This document shows positions 50,586 through 63,742 of a DNA stretch of 64,000 nt, piece by piece. How positions within the stretch are numbered: position 1 is the first letter of the stretch; each line of letters opens with the position of its first letter. Below the pieces are notes generated by a model that worked only from the letters and a program-made list of their open reading frames with translations, was not told the DNA's origin and did no database searches. A program made the translations under genes and the position numbers. Origin of the DNA: Rozella allomycis CSF55 (lineage: Eukaryota); assembly GCA_000442015.1 (NCBI GenBank), contig KE560907.1:1-64000 (forward strand), read 5' to 3'.

Positions 50586-52508
50586 ATGCAAAACAAAAAA
50601 TATTCACATTTAGACATTCTGTTCACTGAAACGGACAAGAAAAAGTTATCTGAATTAAAAGTTCTTCTAGTTGGAGCAGGTGGCATTGGCTGCGAAGTGT
50701 TGAAAAATCTCGTACTGTTAGGAATCCCATTCATCGACGTTATTGATTTGGACACTATTGATATTTCAAATTTGAACAGGCAATTTTTGTTTCAGAAACC
50801 ACATGTTGGGAAACCAAAATCTATCGTAATTCATTTCAATTGTCATAATAGGTTGCAAGGGAATCTGTTAGAAGATTTAATGATGATGAAAATATCGTGA
50901 TAACTTCATATATGCAAAAGATACAAGAGTTTAATGCAGAGTTTTTTGAGAGATTTGATATCGTGATAAATGCGTTAGATAATGCAGGTAATTTTTTCGA
51001 ATAGATTTGTTGCTAGATGCTCGTTCGTATGTGAACAAGATGTGTAAATATAATGTTTTATGGTAATAATAGGCCTTTTTACAGGAAAACCTTTAATAGA
51101 AACAGGTACTGCTGGGCATTTAGGACAAACTACTTGCCATTTTGTAAGATAACTACATCTCATTCATCCAGAGTGGTGTTCAATGCTTTGATTGCGAACC
51201 CAGAGAAGCACAAAAAACTTTTCCAGTATGTACCATAAGATCTACACCATCTGCTCCTATTCATTGCATAGTTTGGGCCAAGAACTTTCTTTTTCCGTAA
51301 AAATATTAAATTTATTGTAATAAAGAAAATTGTTTCAGAAATTGGAAGAGGAAAATGATAATGATGAGAATTCAGAGGATAAAGAAAGTCGAAAAAATGA
51401 AGAGGATGGATATAAAAAACTTTTAAATGAAAGAAATAATAAAGAATTTGAAAAAATGATTTTAAAGAAAGTTTACAAGGACGACATTATAAAACTTGCT
51501 TCTTTGGAAAAATTGTGGAAGGGAAAGAAGAAGCCTCAACCAATTTCTTCATTTGATGCAAAACAACCAAGCAATGATTCACAAAAGGTTTGGAGTTTGG
51601 AAGAAAATGTTTTTGTGTTTCTTAAAAGGTAATTTAGATCTAAAGTTCAAACAAAGTGTTAAAAACTTAAATGAAAGATTTTTGGATGGTCAAGAACTCT
51701 TCTTTGACAAGGATGATGAAGATGCAATGGAATTTGTCACAAGTGCATCAAACCTACGTTCAATAGTCTTTGAAATTCAAACAAAATCTTTATTTCAGGC
51801 TAAATCAATGGCTGGTACAAAGATTCATTTTTTTGTTATAGGAAATATAATCCCAGCAATCGCTACATCAAACGCAATGGTTTCCAGTTTAGCGATTATT
51901 TCTCTCATAAAATTATTAAAGAACGAAAAATCAAAACTTGGAACAGTAATTTTTGCTTTTGACCTTAAAAGACATTCTTATCTCCACATCCTTTGCCTAA
52001 AGTGCCACGCCTGTTAACACATTGTAAAACTCTTTCAAGGCCAGATCAAAATTGTTCCTTCTGTTCTGCTAACCGCGCAATAACAAAGGTTGACACAAAT
52101 GAAACAAACTTGAATTCTTTTATTAATTTAATTGCTTCTTCATTTGAATTTGAAGCAGAGGAAGCCACAGTAATGATTGATGGTCGACTTTTATTTGATC
52201 CTGATTTTGATGACAATCTAGAGAAATCATTAAATTCTTTGGGAATTAAAGATGCCTCGATTGTGGTTGTGAGCACTGAAAATGAAGAACAACATCCAAT
52301 TTACATTAGTATTGTACACTCACAAGCGTATATATTTGTTTCAATGTAATATAGTGATCAACCAATGATATATAACATTGTCAAGGCTGCCAATTTGAAG
52401 AAACGCAAAGCAGAGTCAGAATCCGATGATTCCGACCGAGAAATCGATGCTAAGAAAATAAAGTCAGTAGAAGTCATCGCTGACCAAGATTTCGTATTAA
52501 TAGAATAA
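50586..52508 (+). CDS. UBA2: SUMO-activating enzyme E1 subunit 2
   Basis: [70 protein letters not shown]. Confidence 0.95.
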
Positions 52509-52574
52509 ATAGTCATTAATTTATTAAATTTTCTTTATATCTACATATGAGTCACTGTATTTTGTTCATTTGAC

Positions 52575-52927
52575 TTAAACAGATGATTGTTGATATAATG
52601 AAGTGTCCAAAACCTTTCTGCCGCAAATAGCACATATACCATTCTTATATGCACATGAATGGCAGTAATTAGCCTTTTCCAAATTGACTCTCTGCTTACA
52701 TATTTTACACTTATTTTGATAAGGCATAAAACTAAAAAACTTCTCGAAATCGTTTTTACGTATTTCTAGATGTTGGTCTCAAAAGTTTGTTTTCTGAGAG
52801 CTTTCGGCCACCACCTTCTATTGTGTTTCTAGAACCTTGTTTCCATGTATCCACTGTCGCAAGCTTTGGTAACTTTTTCTCACCTATTATCAACTCTATG
52901 AGCAAGTTTACATTTTGAACAAACCAT
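52575..52927 (-). CDS. CRIPT: Cysteine-rich PDZ-binding protein
   Basis: MVCSKCEKKL..DTWKQGSRNT..GGRKLSENK, CKICK, YCHSCAYKNGICAICGRKVLDT, C-terminal QSSV. Two introns. Confidence 0.92.
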
Positions 52928-53049
52928 TCCAGAAATTTCGCAATCAAATTTTGCTGCTCCAATTATTACTCTAAGAAAGTCTACATTAGAGCTTTATCTT
53001 AATAGTTAATCATGACAAAATGAATTTATTTATTTTTTTCAACCTTCTA

Positions 53050-54128
53050 TTATAAATTATCTAAGCCAACCAAAACTCTCACTTTTTCATAAAGCGGCAT
53101 ACTAAGAATAAAATGTGGAGCTAATCGAAGAAAACTAGCGCTCCATCCCCTGTACAAACCCCTGATGCCTTCGCTCGTATAAATCTACATCGTTACAAAC
53201 GTCATTAACTACCATGCGGAAGCAAGACCAAAAACTTTTAGTCTCTTGGTGATATGTGGAATCATAGCCGTAAGATCCCATCATTTTGGTCTTCATGATG
53301 TCTGCTGGGGCACAAAATGTGGCAGCCGAAAAACTTGAAACTATACTGCATCTTTCGATTATTTAGATTAAAAAATTTTACAAAACATGAAGACCGAATC
53401 CTTCCTGAAATCCATATTTTTGCTTTAATATTGTCTTTGATTGATCATAAGCAGCTAATTGACCGCCAGTCAATAAAGATGCTCTCGCTATAGTGGCTGT
53501 CGCTCCTATATATAGCCCTTTAACTAGAAAAAGTCAAAAAGTCATCATACCTCCTTCTTCTTTCACAATGACATAAAATGCATGAAATGTGTTTTTGTAT
53601 GATGGAAAATGGGATGTTCGCATTCCATTCACATATCTACCTGTCAATTGATCTATTGTTCCACTTTCAATTTGCATTCTTATTTTAACAAGATCTGTAG
53701 GGCTAGCAATAGCAGAACCTATCGCGCCTGTCGTCATCCCACTGATCATTTTGGAAAAGAGTGGCGGTAGATGACTTTTTTCAATAGCTTTTTTAACTTT
53801 TGTGTATAGCCCAAATCTTAAGGACGAATACATAGTTTCTCTAAGTAATGCCGCTGTCATGCCAGGTACAACTAAACCCCTCCACATACCTTGCTCAGAA
53901 TATATTAGTTTAGATGTAGAAAAAAAGCTCGTTGATGATGCATGTTGTAAACTATGCTTCATGGATTGCATTCTTGTCTTTATGACATCTAAAGGGTTCG
54001 TAACTATGTAAAATATAACATACCGAGGTACCGGCAGAAGCTATTCCACATGATATGCATCCAGCTGATAGCTCTTTAAGGAGGATTAATTTAGAAGTAG
54101 AGTCGTTATTATCAATTGATACATGCAT
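53050..54128 (-). CDS. Mitochondrial carrier (UCP/dicarboxylate-like, SLC25)
   Basis: Three PxDxxKxR-type motifs (NPFDVIKTR, SPTDLVKIR, APADIMKTK), RETMYSSLRFGLY, RLAPHF. Confidence 0.92.
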
Positions 54129-54375
54129 GGACAAAAATGTCGGCAAATAAGCCACACAAGGCCCAAAGGCAACATACGAAGAAAAAGTATGGTACCAAAA
54201 AAATTAATAATTCATTATAGTAACATTAATAGTTTTTTATATTACTAGCATTTGATAAAGCAGTATTACTATGATAATTGTAATTATGTCGATAAGAGGT
54301 TCTTTTTCGACCTAATTTTTAAGCCAACACCACTGCCTGTCGAATTATTATTGTTGCTCTAAGATATTAAATCAT

Positions 54376-55286
54376 TTAATATACCTTTGGAGTTTTTGAT
54401 CCAGATTCTTTAGCCAAAAAGGGTACCGCAAATCCTGTGCCTAATGTTCCTGCAATAATATAGCCTATAACAGGATCCAAAACTCTTTCATACAATATCG
54501 ATGAAAGATATTGCTTGTTGAAAGTGTTGGTAGAAAAAAACCTTATAGGTTCTTCAGATGCTTTGTAGATATATACAATGATGACCAGAGATGCATAGCC
54601 AAGAGCAAACGTAAGAATGTACATTTGCTTAAGGTTCATTTGACTCTGTACGTTCATGCCACTCAGTCTTTGCTTAGTTGAAACAATGGTTAAGACAATA
54701 CTCCCTGTATTTAAATATCAATTACCTCATTACACATAAATGGAACCATAACTCCAAATTCAATTAACATCACAATACAATTGAAGCAAACCCGTATGAT
54801 GTAACCAACTAACAAATCACTTCCAGCAAATGAAACTTGTAGCAGAATTATTACAATGGTCTGAATAATTTCAATTTTGATGAATATTTCAAAAGCTCTC
54901 CTGGATAGGATAATTTTCATTAAATATTCCAAATAGGCTACATTGTCTGAAGCTTGTGATATTTTTGCCCAAAGAGAAATAAATAGCCACAATAGTGACA
55001 TCATGTAAAAATTGATCATTATCGATTCTCCAAGATCCCAACTTGAGAAAAAAACATAATATTCATAAAAATTAATCTTTTCACTCAAAAGAAAAGTCTC
55101 AATTGTAAATCTTGTCGGGCCATAAATGTGCATGATTGAAACAACCGCAAACGACAAGAAACCGGTGAAACGTCCAATATCATTTCTGCACTTTTTAAAA
55201 AACAATTTAGCGACTCTTAGTGACAAAACACAGCTAACTAAATTGAAGGCCCAGATAATTAACAAATTAACATGAAGATGTTCCAT
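54376..55286 (-). CDS. Multi-pass (about 7 TM) membrane protein, paralog of 45349-46236
   Basis: Same motifs as the paralog. A 29-nt intron at 54705-54733 joins the two ORFs in frame. Confidence 0.75.
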
Positions 55287-55437
55287 CGGAGAATATTTTT
55301 TAAAGACAATAAAAATGCAATGATCCCTAAAATTCATTGACTATTAGAAAAAGATTAAGAATATTTCATGCGCAAAATCGTAAAGGTTAATGAATTTAGC
55401 AATGAATCTCACTATGAAAAATTTTATTGTAGTTAAA

Positions 55438-55929
55438 TTATTGACCGTATCTATTTTATTCAAATACAACAGACTTACTTTTGAAAATCCCAGGCTTTGT
55501 TATCAAGTGGACACACTTGTCTAGTTTTCAACCAACGAGAGATACAATGAAAGTGAAATGCATGCTACATGAAACAAATAAATTTAAATTACGTTGCAAA
55601 CTCCCCATGCGACTGTACATTCTTCTGAGCTTATACTTGCTTGATTCGCCTGGCATTCAATACCTTATTTTACTTTAGGAAAAAATGCTTACAAAGATCC
55701 ATAATGTGATTTCTACATATAGCGCAATTTTCTACAGCAATATCTACATAAAATTTAACCTAAAGCAATACCCCAGGCCCACAGGGCGATAGCGTTCCAC
55801 TAAATTCTCATCATACAAATATTATACCTTTTTAATCTCAAATCTCTTTTTTGTTGGTTTTGAATTTGTATCTTCCAACATTTCTTCGTTCATGGGCGTA
55901 GAGACTTGGTCGATATCCATTTCACTCAT
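55438..55929 (-). CDS. RBX1: RING-box protein of cullin E3 ligases
   Basis: [73 protein letters not shown] across five short introns. Missed by the ORF track. Confidence 0.96.
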
Positions 55930-55970
55930 TTCGAAAATTTCCAAATGAAAACTAGCCACTTTATTTAAAA

Positions 55971-56933
55971 TTAAAGGTTTGCAAAGGTATGTTCACCTTT
56001 GATTATCGACATGATATCCTTTATGTAAATATTTCTAAACTAGTACTTTTGTTTGAAGCATTCCGTGGTTCCAGGTTTTAACATATTCCAAACCTTCCTC
56101 AACAGAATGATCTCTCGAATAAACTAGATTTCTCTTTGTTCCCATTACAGCAATTGGAGATTTGCTGGCAATCACATTTGCCAGTTCAAGACTTTTCACT
56201 CGTCAAAAGTACATACATCAATTACCTTCCAATTCTTGTTGATTTCCATAAATTTGGCTAATAAATCCATGTTTCAATGCTTCATCTGCATGAAATGTTC
56301 TTCCTGTAAGGCATACTTCTCTAACCCAGCTCTATAATACATAGCCATGTATTATACCTGATTCCCGACTACTTTTGGAAACCTTTGAAGAGATCCAACA
56401 TCGGCACAAAGCCCAATATCAACTTCCTTTAATCAAAGCATAACTATGAAATCACCTTTACGGAAAACTTGGCATCCGCACTCGCCAATCTTATGTCACA
56501 GGCGCTAATAATGTCCACTCCAGCACCAATACATGCATTGTGTACAGCAGCTATTACTGGTTTATTGCACTTTTCCACTGCTGAAACACCGTCCTGCATT
56601 GGTCCTAGGATTTGCCTAATTAACAAGGCAGATCGCGAAGGGTCGCTTTTCTTTTGGTTTGCAAGTGCAGCAAAGTCCATTACTATAACCATTCATATTA
56701 AATATTACAATCAATTCCGGAACAGAAATGTTTTCCTTGGCCACTAAGAATAATGCAGCGAACGACTGGGTCCTTGTCCAAATCTTCAAACGCTTGCTTG
56801 AATTCTCCCCAGAATCTTTAAAGTGAATTGCATTTTTCTACTTGTAAATTAAAGAGTTGTGTTTTGATGGGTTGTTTAATTCAACAAAAGCAATGTGGCC
56901 TTTTTTGCTAACGATGATGGTTTCAAATTGCAT
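55971..56933 (-). CDS. ECH1: Delta(3,5)-delta(2,4)-dienoyl-CoA isomerase (crotonase family)
   Basis: KPVIAAVHNACIGAGVDIISACDIR, KEVDIGLCADVGSLQRFPKVVGN, KSPIAVMGTK, SRDHSVEEGL. C-terminal ANL is PTS1-like. Confidence 0.9.
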
Positions 56934-57197
56934 TTTTCGAATTTGTCAAATGCACTAGAATTTTTTGATGAGTATCAGAATTCACGGTTCGTTAGAATTA
57001 CAGTCAAAATTTATAATACCGAGCTAGTTATGAAAAATACATTTATTCAAGTTTGCCACAAAGAGTGTTTTAAATTTCGTTTGCATCAGTTTCGCTAATG
57101 AAGATGTTGCGTAGAACTGTAGTCGTCTAAGAAATATTCATTAAATGATTTCTGATAAGTGGCTTTTCTAAATTTTGGATAACTTACCCCTGCAAAA

Positions 57198-59051
57198 ATG
57201 CCAAACGAGGGAGACACACCAATCAAGGCATGGGAACAAAGAAGAGCTGTAAAGTAAAAATTTACAATTTATACTATAGAATCGGAGGAAATGGGATGGA
57301 AAACCCATTTAAAGTGTCTATGAAGATGCCGTGTTGGATGAAACCAGGTAATAAGAAAGTTCATGAAGATTCACCTCATCCAAAGGTAAGAGGTCATAAT
57401 GGGTGGTATAATAGATGATGAGGCGAGAGTTTAAAATAGATAGCAATACCGTGGTAGAGGATGACATTGAAAAGGACGATAACTTTAATCCGGGGACAGA
57501 GGGAAATCAAGGATTTGTAGTGGAAGAAAATCAAGGTGGGTGGATGAATGAAGATATGAACAGCAACAGTATGAATAGCAAAATGGTGGAACCAATTGAG
57601 AATAAGACAATAATGAATGAATTTCATGCTATAGGCAACGAACGCAATCAAGACAAAAAGGGAGATATATTAGACAGCATTATGAATTTGATTTCAGCAC
57701 AGAGGAATGAATGTGAAAATGATAGAAATGAGATTGAAAAGCAAGTAAGAATATTTTCAACGAGAGAAATAGAAAATGATGATTTCCAACTACAAGGGTA
57801 TAATACTAAGACAAGCGAATCAATTAAAGAATTTAAAGAAATCGATAAAAGAAAATAGAATTGACAAAGTTGATGCAACTGTAATTTTCCATGACAGGAT
57901 TGAAGAAATGAAAAATCAAATAAAACATATTTTGGATTTGTCAAAAGATTATGAAAATGTTAAACAAAAATTAATAAATTTCAAAAATAAATTTGATGAA
58001 AAAATTGAAGAAAAAAATCGAGATTTGAAAGAAAAGGAAAAAGATCTTGAAATTAAGAAATCTTGTTTGGAAAATTCTTTAAATGAAATAGAGATCTTAA
58101 AAAAAGAAATTCAAAAGAAAAGTGAGAATGAAAGTGAATTGAAAAGTAAAGTATTTGATCTAGAAAAAGAAATTCTAAAAATCATTCAAGAAAATGACGA
58201 AACTTTGAAATCAATTAATGAAAATCATGAAAAAGATTTCATTGAATTAAAAAAGATTCATCTAGATCAAATTTCTAGCTTGGAAATTTCACATTCTGAA
58301 TCTGTTAAAAGTAAAACCCTTAAACCTTAAATCTAAAAATAGAACTGATCAATACCCATGAAATAACAATTTCTGAATTAAAGCAATCCTTTGAATCCCA
58401 AAAACAAAATTTATTAAAAGATAAAGAAATTGAAATTGAAGAATTAAAATCAAAAAGTGAATCTGAGATTAAAGATTTAAATGTAAAAATTCAAGAAGAA
58501 AAAGAGAAAATTCAGGAGCCCAAAATAGATCTAAATCTTTTATTGGAAGAAAAAGAAGAAAAGTTTGAAAAAGAAAAAAAGGAACTTTATTCAGCCTTGC
58601 AGACAGAAATAACAAAATTAACAAATGAAAAGAATCAATTAAATCTTTCCATTAAAACACTTCAAGATCAAATTCATTTACTGTCTCAAAAGAAAGACAC
58701 ATCTGATAGCATAACTCAAACTGATCAAATTCAAACACCTTCTGTATTCTATTCATTCTTCTTAGATTAGACTGACATTGACTCTCACGTTAAATCTATT
58801 CTTCAAGAATTAGGAAATGAAATTAAAGAGTCTGACTCTAAAAATAAATCAAAGAGATTACCTTTAAACAACATTGATAGCAACACTCGTCAACGTTCTC
58901 CTCTTGCTAGAAAATCTTCAAGAAAATACACTTCTTCTCAAACAAACAGAAAGAAACTCAAAGTGGTATTTTTATTTCTTTCACTAAATAGGTTTATGAT
59001 CATGATGTCACACCTGACACGCCATCATATTGGCCATCAAGTAATGCATAA
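57198..59051 (+). CDS. Hypothetical long coiled-coil protein
   Basis: Multi-exon E/K-rich heptad ORFs joined by short introns, with a basic S/T-rich tail. Confidence 0.65.
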
Positions 59052-59093
59052 ACAACTAAATAATGTCAATAAAAGAATTCGCTATTTATTTAA

Positions 59094-59549
59094 TCATTCA
59101 ATTTTTATAACTAGTGGTTTTACAATCTGCCATTTAGTGAATGTATCAACCGCAAGGACGTTTATAGTAGCCACTCCTCTCTGTCTAGGCACCGTCCAAT
59201 AAAACTTAAATGGTCCTTTCAATTTAAGATAGTCTTTCTGAGTAAATGATTGGCGCTTTCCTGCATCACATGCCGGATATTTGACTTTATTGTTGGGTAA
59301 TGGTAATTGTCCTGCATTAGTCCATGCTAGTATACCCTGTAACTTTGATTTTCCTTCTAATTCCAACACTATTGTTTCTCCTCGTTTAACCTTCGATGGG
59401 CCTTTGAGTTTATATCCAAGCTCAGAATTCTTGCCTCCCATTTTGGCTTTCATTTCTTTCTCAGTTATGGAGCACACTGGAGATCCATTAGGATACGCGC
59501 TCACATAAAATATTACCAGTGATATCAGAAATATTGCTATGGATTTCAT
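59094..59549 (-). CDS. Secreted reeler-domain-like protein
   Basis: Signal peptide, AYPNGSPVC, LQGIL, and F.WT.P motifs. Confidence 0.65.
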   Translation of the reverse strand: MKSIAIFLISLVIFYVSAYPNGSPVCSITEKEMKAKMGGKNSELGYKLKGPSKVKRGETIVLELEGKSKLQGILAWTNAGQLPLPNNKVKYPACDAGKRQSFTQKDYLKLKGPFKFYWTVPRQRGVATINVLAVDTFTKWQIVKPLVIKIE

Positions 59550-59720
59550 CCTGAAGAAATAGGGGTAAATTTGAAACACTATATGTCATGCATTTTTTCT
59601 CTGATTGGTCCATTAATGGATACGAAGAACCAATGAAATATTGATCAGCTATTTAATTTTCTGCTGTAATTGAAAAACTATAGCACATTATTAATTTCAG
59701 AAAAATCATAAATATTTTTG

Positions 59721-60430
59721 ATGGTCCTATTTTTTAAGAGCACTGGTACGTTAATTTACCTAAAATTTAAAAGTCATTGATCCACCTGCCGAAATATATA
59801 TGGGAAAAGATAAATTTGAAAGTAAGCCATAAATTTTCAAAAAATAGACGAGGATTTGATAAAACATGGTTTTGAAGAAGACATCTGGTATTTATCAAGA
59901 AATTAAGTTAAGAAAGGTTTCACGTAGATAATCTGTCTTCTGCTCACGTTTACCTGAGAATGCCGGATGGGATGAAGTGGGATTCTATTCCAGATGCACT
60001 TTTGACCGATTGCGCTCAGCTAGTTAAAGCAAATAGCATTGAAGGAAACAAAAAGGATAATATCAACGTGGTTTATACACCTTGGTCGAATCTAAAAAAG
60101 ACAAAGGGAATGGAAGTTGGTCAAGTTGGATTCCACAAAGAAGGCTTGAGAAAAAAGATATTTGTGGAAAAAAGAAGTAACGAAATTGTAAATCGACTGA
60201 ATAAAACGAAGATTGAAAGAGAAGTTGATTTTTCTCAAGAAAAGATTAATCGAGATAGAACGAAACGTAAAGAAAGGCAAGAAAGGGAAAGAAAGCAGAG
60301 ACAAGAGGCCGTGCAAAAACAGAGAGAAAAAGAAGAACGAGAAAGGCAGTTGCATTATGAAGATGTTTTTGAAAACGCTGTAATGAAATCAAACTATGAC
60401 AATCAAAATTTGGAAGATGATTTTATGTAA
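59721..60430 (+). CDS. CCDC25: CCDC25/Jlp2 (NFACT-R domain) protein
   Basis: [63 protein letters not shown]. Confidence 0.93.
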
Positions 60431-60445
60431 AAAGGTAATAAATTC

Positions 60446-61439
60446 TCATATATTTCCAATGACTGTTTTTGAGACTAAATCAGATTCATTTTCTCCATTC
60501 GTGAATATCACCTTGGTGTTTGGCGCCTTCGACATATTCGCCAGAGTTTCTAAATATCTGATTTGCATCGCCGCGGGTGTGTTCAAAATATCTGATGCTT
60601 CCCTCATTAATTTAGCTGCTGTGACTTCGGCACGTGCTGCAATCACTTTGCTTTCCCCGACTCTCTTTGCTGCGGCCACCGCGGAAAGATCTTTCAAAGT
60701 ATAAAGCATTGAAATTTACCATCCATCAAGTCTTTCGAGAACTGTAAATCTTTTATAAGAATGCTTTCAATCCCAACGCCCCATGATTTTGCTGTGTCTT
60801 CAATTATTCTTTTAATGTCAAGTGCGATATCGTCTCTGTTAGATACAAGACTATGCAAGTCACGACTACCAATCGAGTCTCTCAATGTGGTTTGTGCTCT
60901 TTCACGTAATGCCAAACTAATATCTGCCACCTGGCACCGGGCCACAAAGGGATCAACAATATGCCAATACAACACCGAATCAATGCTTACATTAACATTA
61001 TCCTTGGTCATAACCTTTGTAAGTAAGAATATTATGTTACCTCTTGCCGTGGTATGTCCATGACTTGAATCGATACCGAAACAACTTCTAGGAATTCTGT
61101 TTCAGTGTTAATGGAATGAAGACCGGGATCCAATATTTTGTACACAACGCCAAATTTACTGACAAGGCCTACATTTCCTTGTGTGACTAGTAATTATGAG
61201 AGTTAGCTGATACTTGTTTTCATAGGGTTAGAGCAACAACAACATGGAATATAGGCACCAAAAAAACCCTTTAAATTGCCATACCAAGTCTTCACATTTT
61301 CATAGAGTGCATGGCTGCTTGGTGGAGTATCACTGATGTCGCGGGCGAAGGTAACAGGTATAGAATACCCGTTTGGGGGTTCTGTTACAAATGCTTGCTT
61401 CTGAATTTGTGGAGCAACTGACGGCATTACTGATTCCAT
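60446..61439 (-). CDS. Stomatin/band-7 (SPFH) protein A
   Basis: IPCCCCSNP, MTKDNV.V.IDSVLYW, ERAQTTLRD, AKLMREASDILNTPAAMQIRYLETL. Confidence 0.92.
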
Positions 61440-61479
61440 AATAGATTGGGACTACCCTGGCAAAACTATATTGACAACA

Positions 61480-62427
61480 ATGGACGAAAAATCAAGTATG
61501 GATTCTCTTCTGGCCCAAAACAAAGTTAATGAGTACATAAATACGCCTCCAGTAGATAATATACCGCCGGCTTACAGCATTCCAAATTCATTTGCAAAGA
61601 CATTGGATGTGCAGCCCCCTTCACATGGCTCTTATGAGAAACTATTAAATGCATGGGGTAATTGTATGGGGTTTTTAGGTGCCTACATTCCCTGTTGCTT
61701 TTGTTGTCCTTCTCCATTTAAAATAGGTAAAATTATGATATAGGAAAAAACAGTACCACAGGGATATGCAGGGCTTGTCAGTAGATTTGGGAAAGTATAC
61801 AAAATAGTTGATCCTGGTCTTCATTTTGTGAATTTAATGACCGAAAACCTAGAAATGATGGGGATTAAGGTTAATGTTTCTGGAGTTCCAAGACAGCAAG
61901 TTATGACTAAAGATAACGTTTCTATTTCCGTTGATTCGGTTCTTTATTGGCATGTAATTGATCCCTTTGCAGCCAGATATCAAGTTTCTAACGTTGAAAA
62001 AGCTTTGTCTGAAAGAGCCCAAACCACTCTAAAAGACGTTATTGGGGCTCATGATTTACAGACTATTGTGTCAAACAGAGAAAAGGTTGCAGCGGAAATA
62101 AGAAACATTATCGACAAACCATCAAGATCCTGGGGCGTTGTAATCGAGTCAGTTTTAATAATGGATATAAGATTTTCTCAAGAAATGTTATTAGATCTAA
62201 GTGCTGCCGCGAAACAGAAACGATTGGGAGAGAGTAAGGTAATAACAGCTCAGGCTGAAGTTGAAAGCGCTAAGCTAATGAGAGAAGCCTCAGACATTTT
62301 AGCTTCAAGTGCTGCTATGCAAATTCGATACTTAGATACGCTAACAACAATGGCAAAACACGGTGATCAAAAAGTCATCTTCATGCCAACTGTTCATTCT
62401 ACTAGTACTGACAATAAGAAAAAATAA
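61480..62427 (+). CDS. Stomatin/band-7 (SPFH) protein B
   Basis: IPCCFCCPSP, MTKDNVSISVDSVLYW, ERAQTTLKD, AAMQIRYLDTL. Confidence 0.92.
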
Positions 62428-62453
62428 ATAAATTTTGGTCACTTAACTCATAT

Positions 62454-62985
62454 TTATTTGATATGAGCATAGACCACTCGGCCAACATTCGGGTATGATC
62501 TGTTGTAATAAGTTTCCCAATCTTTTAATGTATCGAACTTTTAAATGACAAAATATAACCTTACTTCTTCGTCATTTAAATCATTAAGTTCATTAGAGCA
62601 CATATCTTCAGTCAAGCATCCTTTAGCTAATGCCTAAACCAAAAATGCAGATCTATCAATTTACCCTGGCACATTCCCTCCCGGCCAAAATATGATACCC
62701 TTTTCCCAGAGCATAAAGATGTCTTTTGCATGTAACATCATAGATAACTCCGTTAATAGCTACATAGACTGGTTTATGAGAATCTGTCCCATCAAATTCC
62801 CGTAGCTCGTCTAGGGTCAACTCAACATTAATGGGGTTTTCTTTTTGTAGTTCTTTATTTGTAGAAGCTTCATACTCAGGGATTGCATCTCTTTAACTAT
62901 AATATTTGCGTTTTACAGATTGGAAAGCATTTATATGTCGTGGCTTAGATAGAATCAAAAGATCAGATTCAACTTTATCACCCAT
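62454..62985 (-). CDS. Cytochrome b5-like heme/steroid-binding protein (MAPR/Dap1 family)
   Basis: LTLDELREFDGTD..PVYVAINGVIYDVT, YHILAGRECARALAKG, LKDW..YY..YP.VG. Start uncertain. Confidence 0.85.
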
Positions 62986-63328
62986 TGCCTACTAATAGTA
63001 ATTATAGGAGCTTATAATTCTTCTTTTGAATTTTTTCGATATTTTGAATAGCTCAATATAATTATACAAAGAGACATTCCCGATTTCTCGAGAGTTTGAG
63101 TGATGTTACGTAGATGATTGTCTTTTCGCTATATTAAATATTACTATATGTGTAGGGACGTAAAGTGACACGGTCCGATAAATTCTATATTTAGTGTGGC
63201 TTGGATTTGCTGCGACTTTTTATGCCATACCAGGATCTGTATAGTGAAGCTCAAAATACCTTGAAGACATCCAAGTGCCGAATTGGAATTTTGATCTGCT
63301 TTACTATTCTAAGTGTAACAAATAAGCC

Positions 63329-63742
63329 ATGTTAGATAGGAAGATTCAAGTGGTGTACCATTTATATCAAAAGAATCGTTATGACTACGACCTAGACAAT
63401 TTACTTTCTGTCTATTTGCTTTTTCTATATTTAACAGGCTTCAAAATCTTTTACCAAAAGCAAATCAACTCTTTACAGTTCTTCAACAAACTTTTCGTTA
63501 TTAGTGGTTTAGTGGAGACTTTTTTTGATGCTTTTAAGATTATACCCAGTAAAGCTCTCCTCCTATACGCATACAAACTTGCTGTGTTCTTTTTGTTGCA
63601 GTCATATTTTTACGAGCTAGGCAGAGAACGTCAATACATTATAAATAGGACTGTAAATCAAGATATTCTATCAATGTATTATTATGTTGATTCGGATTCA
63701 GAACGATTACCACCATATCAAGCTATCGGAAGTCCAGTCTAG
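63329..63742 (+). CDS. Hypothetical membrane protein (5' exons not resolved)
   Basis: Hydrophobic 137-aa ORF ending in an LPPY motif. Confidence 0.45.
   Translation: MLDRKIQVVYHLYQKNRYDYDLDNLLSVYLLFLYLTGFKIFYQKQINSLQFFNKLFVISGLVETFFDAFKIIPSKALLLYAYKLAVFFLLQSYFYELGRERQYIINRTVNQDILSMYYYVDSDSERLPPYQAIGSPV

Noticed and set aside
52575-52962. Selenoprotein K-like reading of the GGGRKL ORF
   Set aside because: The spliced product is clearly CRIPT, and no in-frame TGA is needed.
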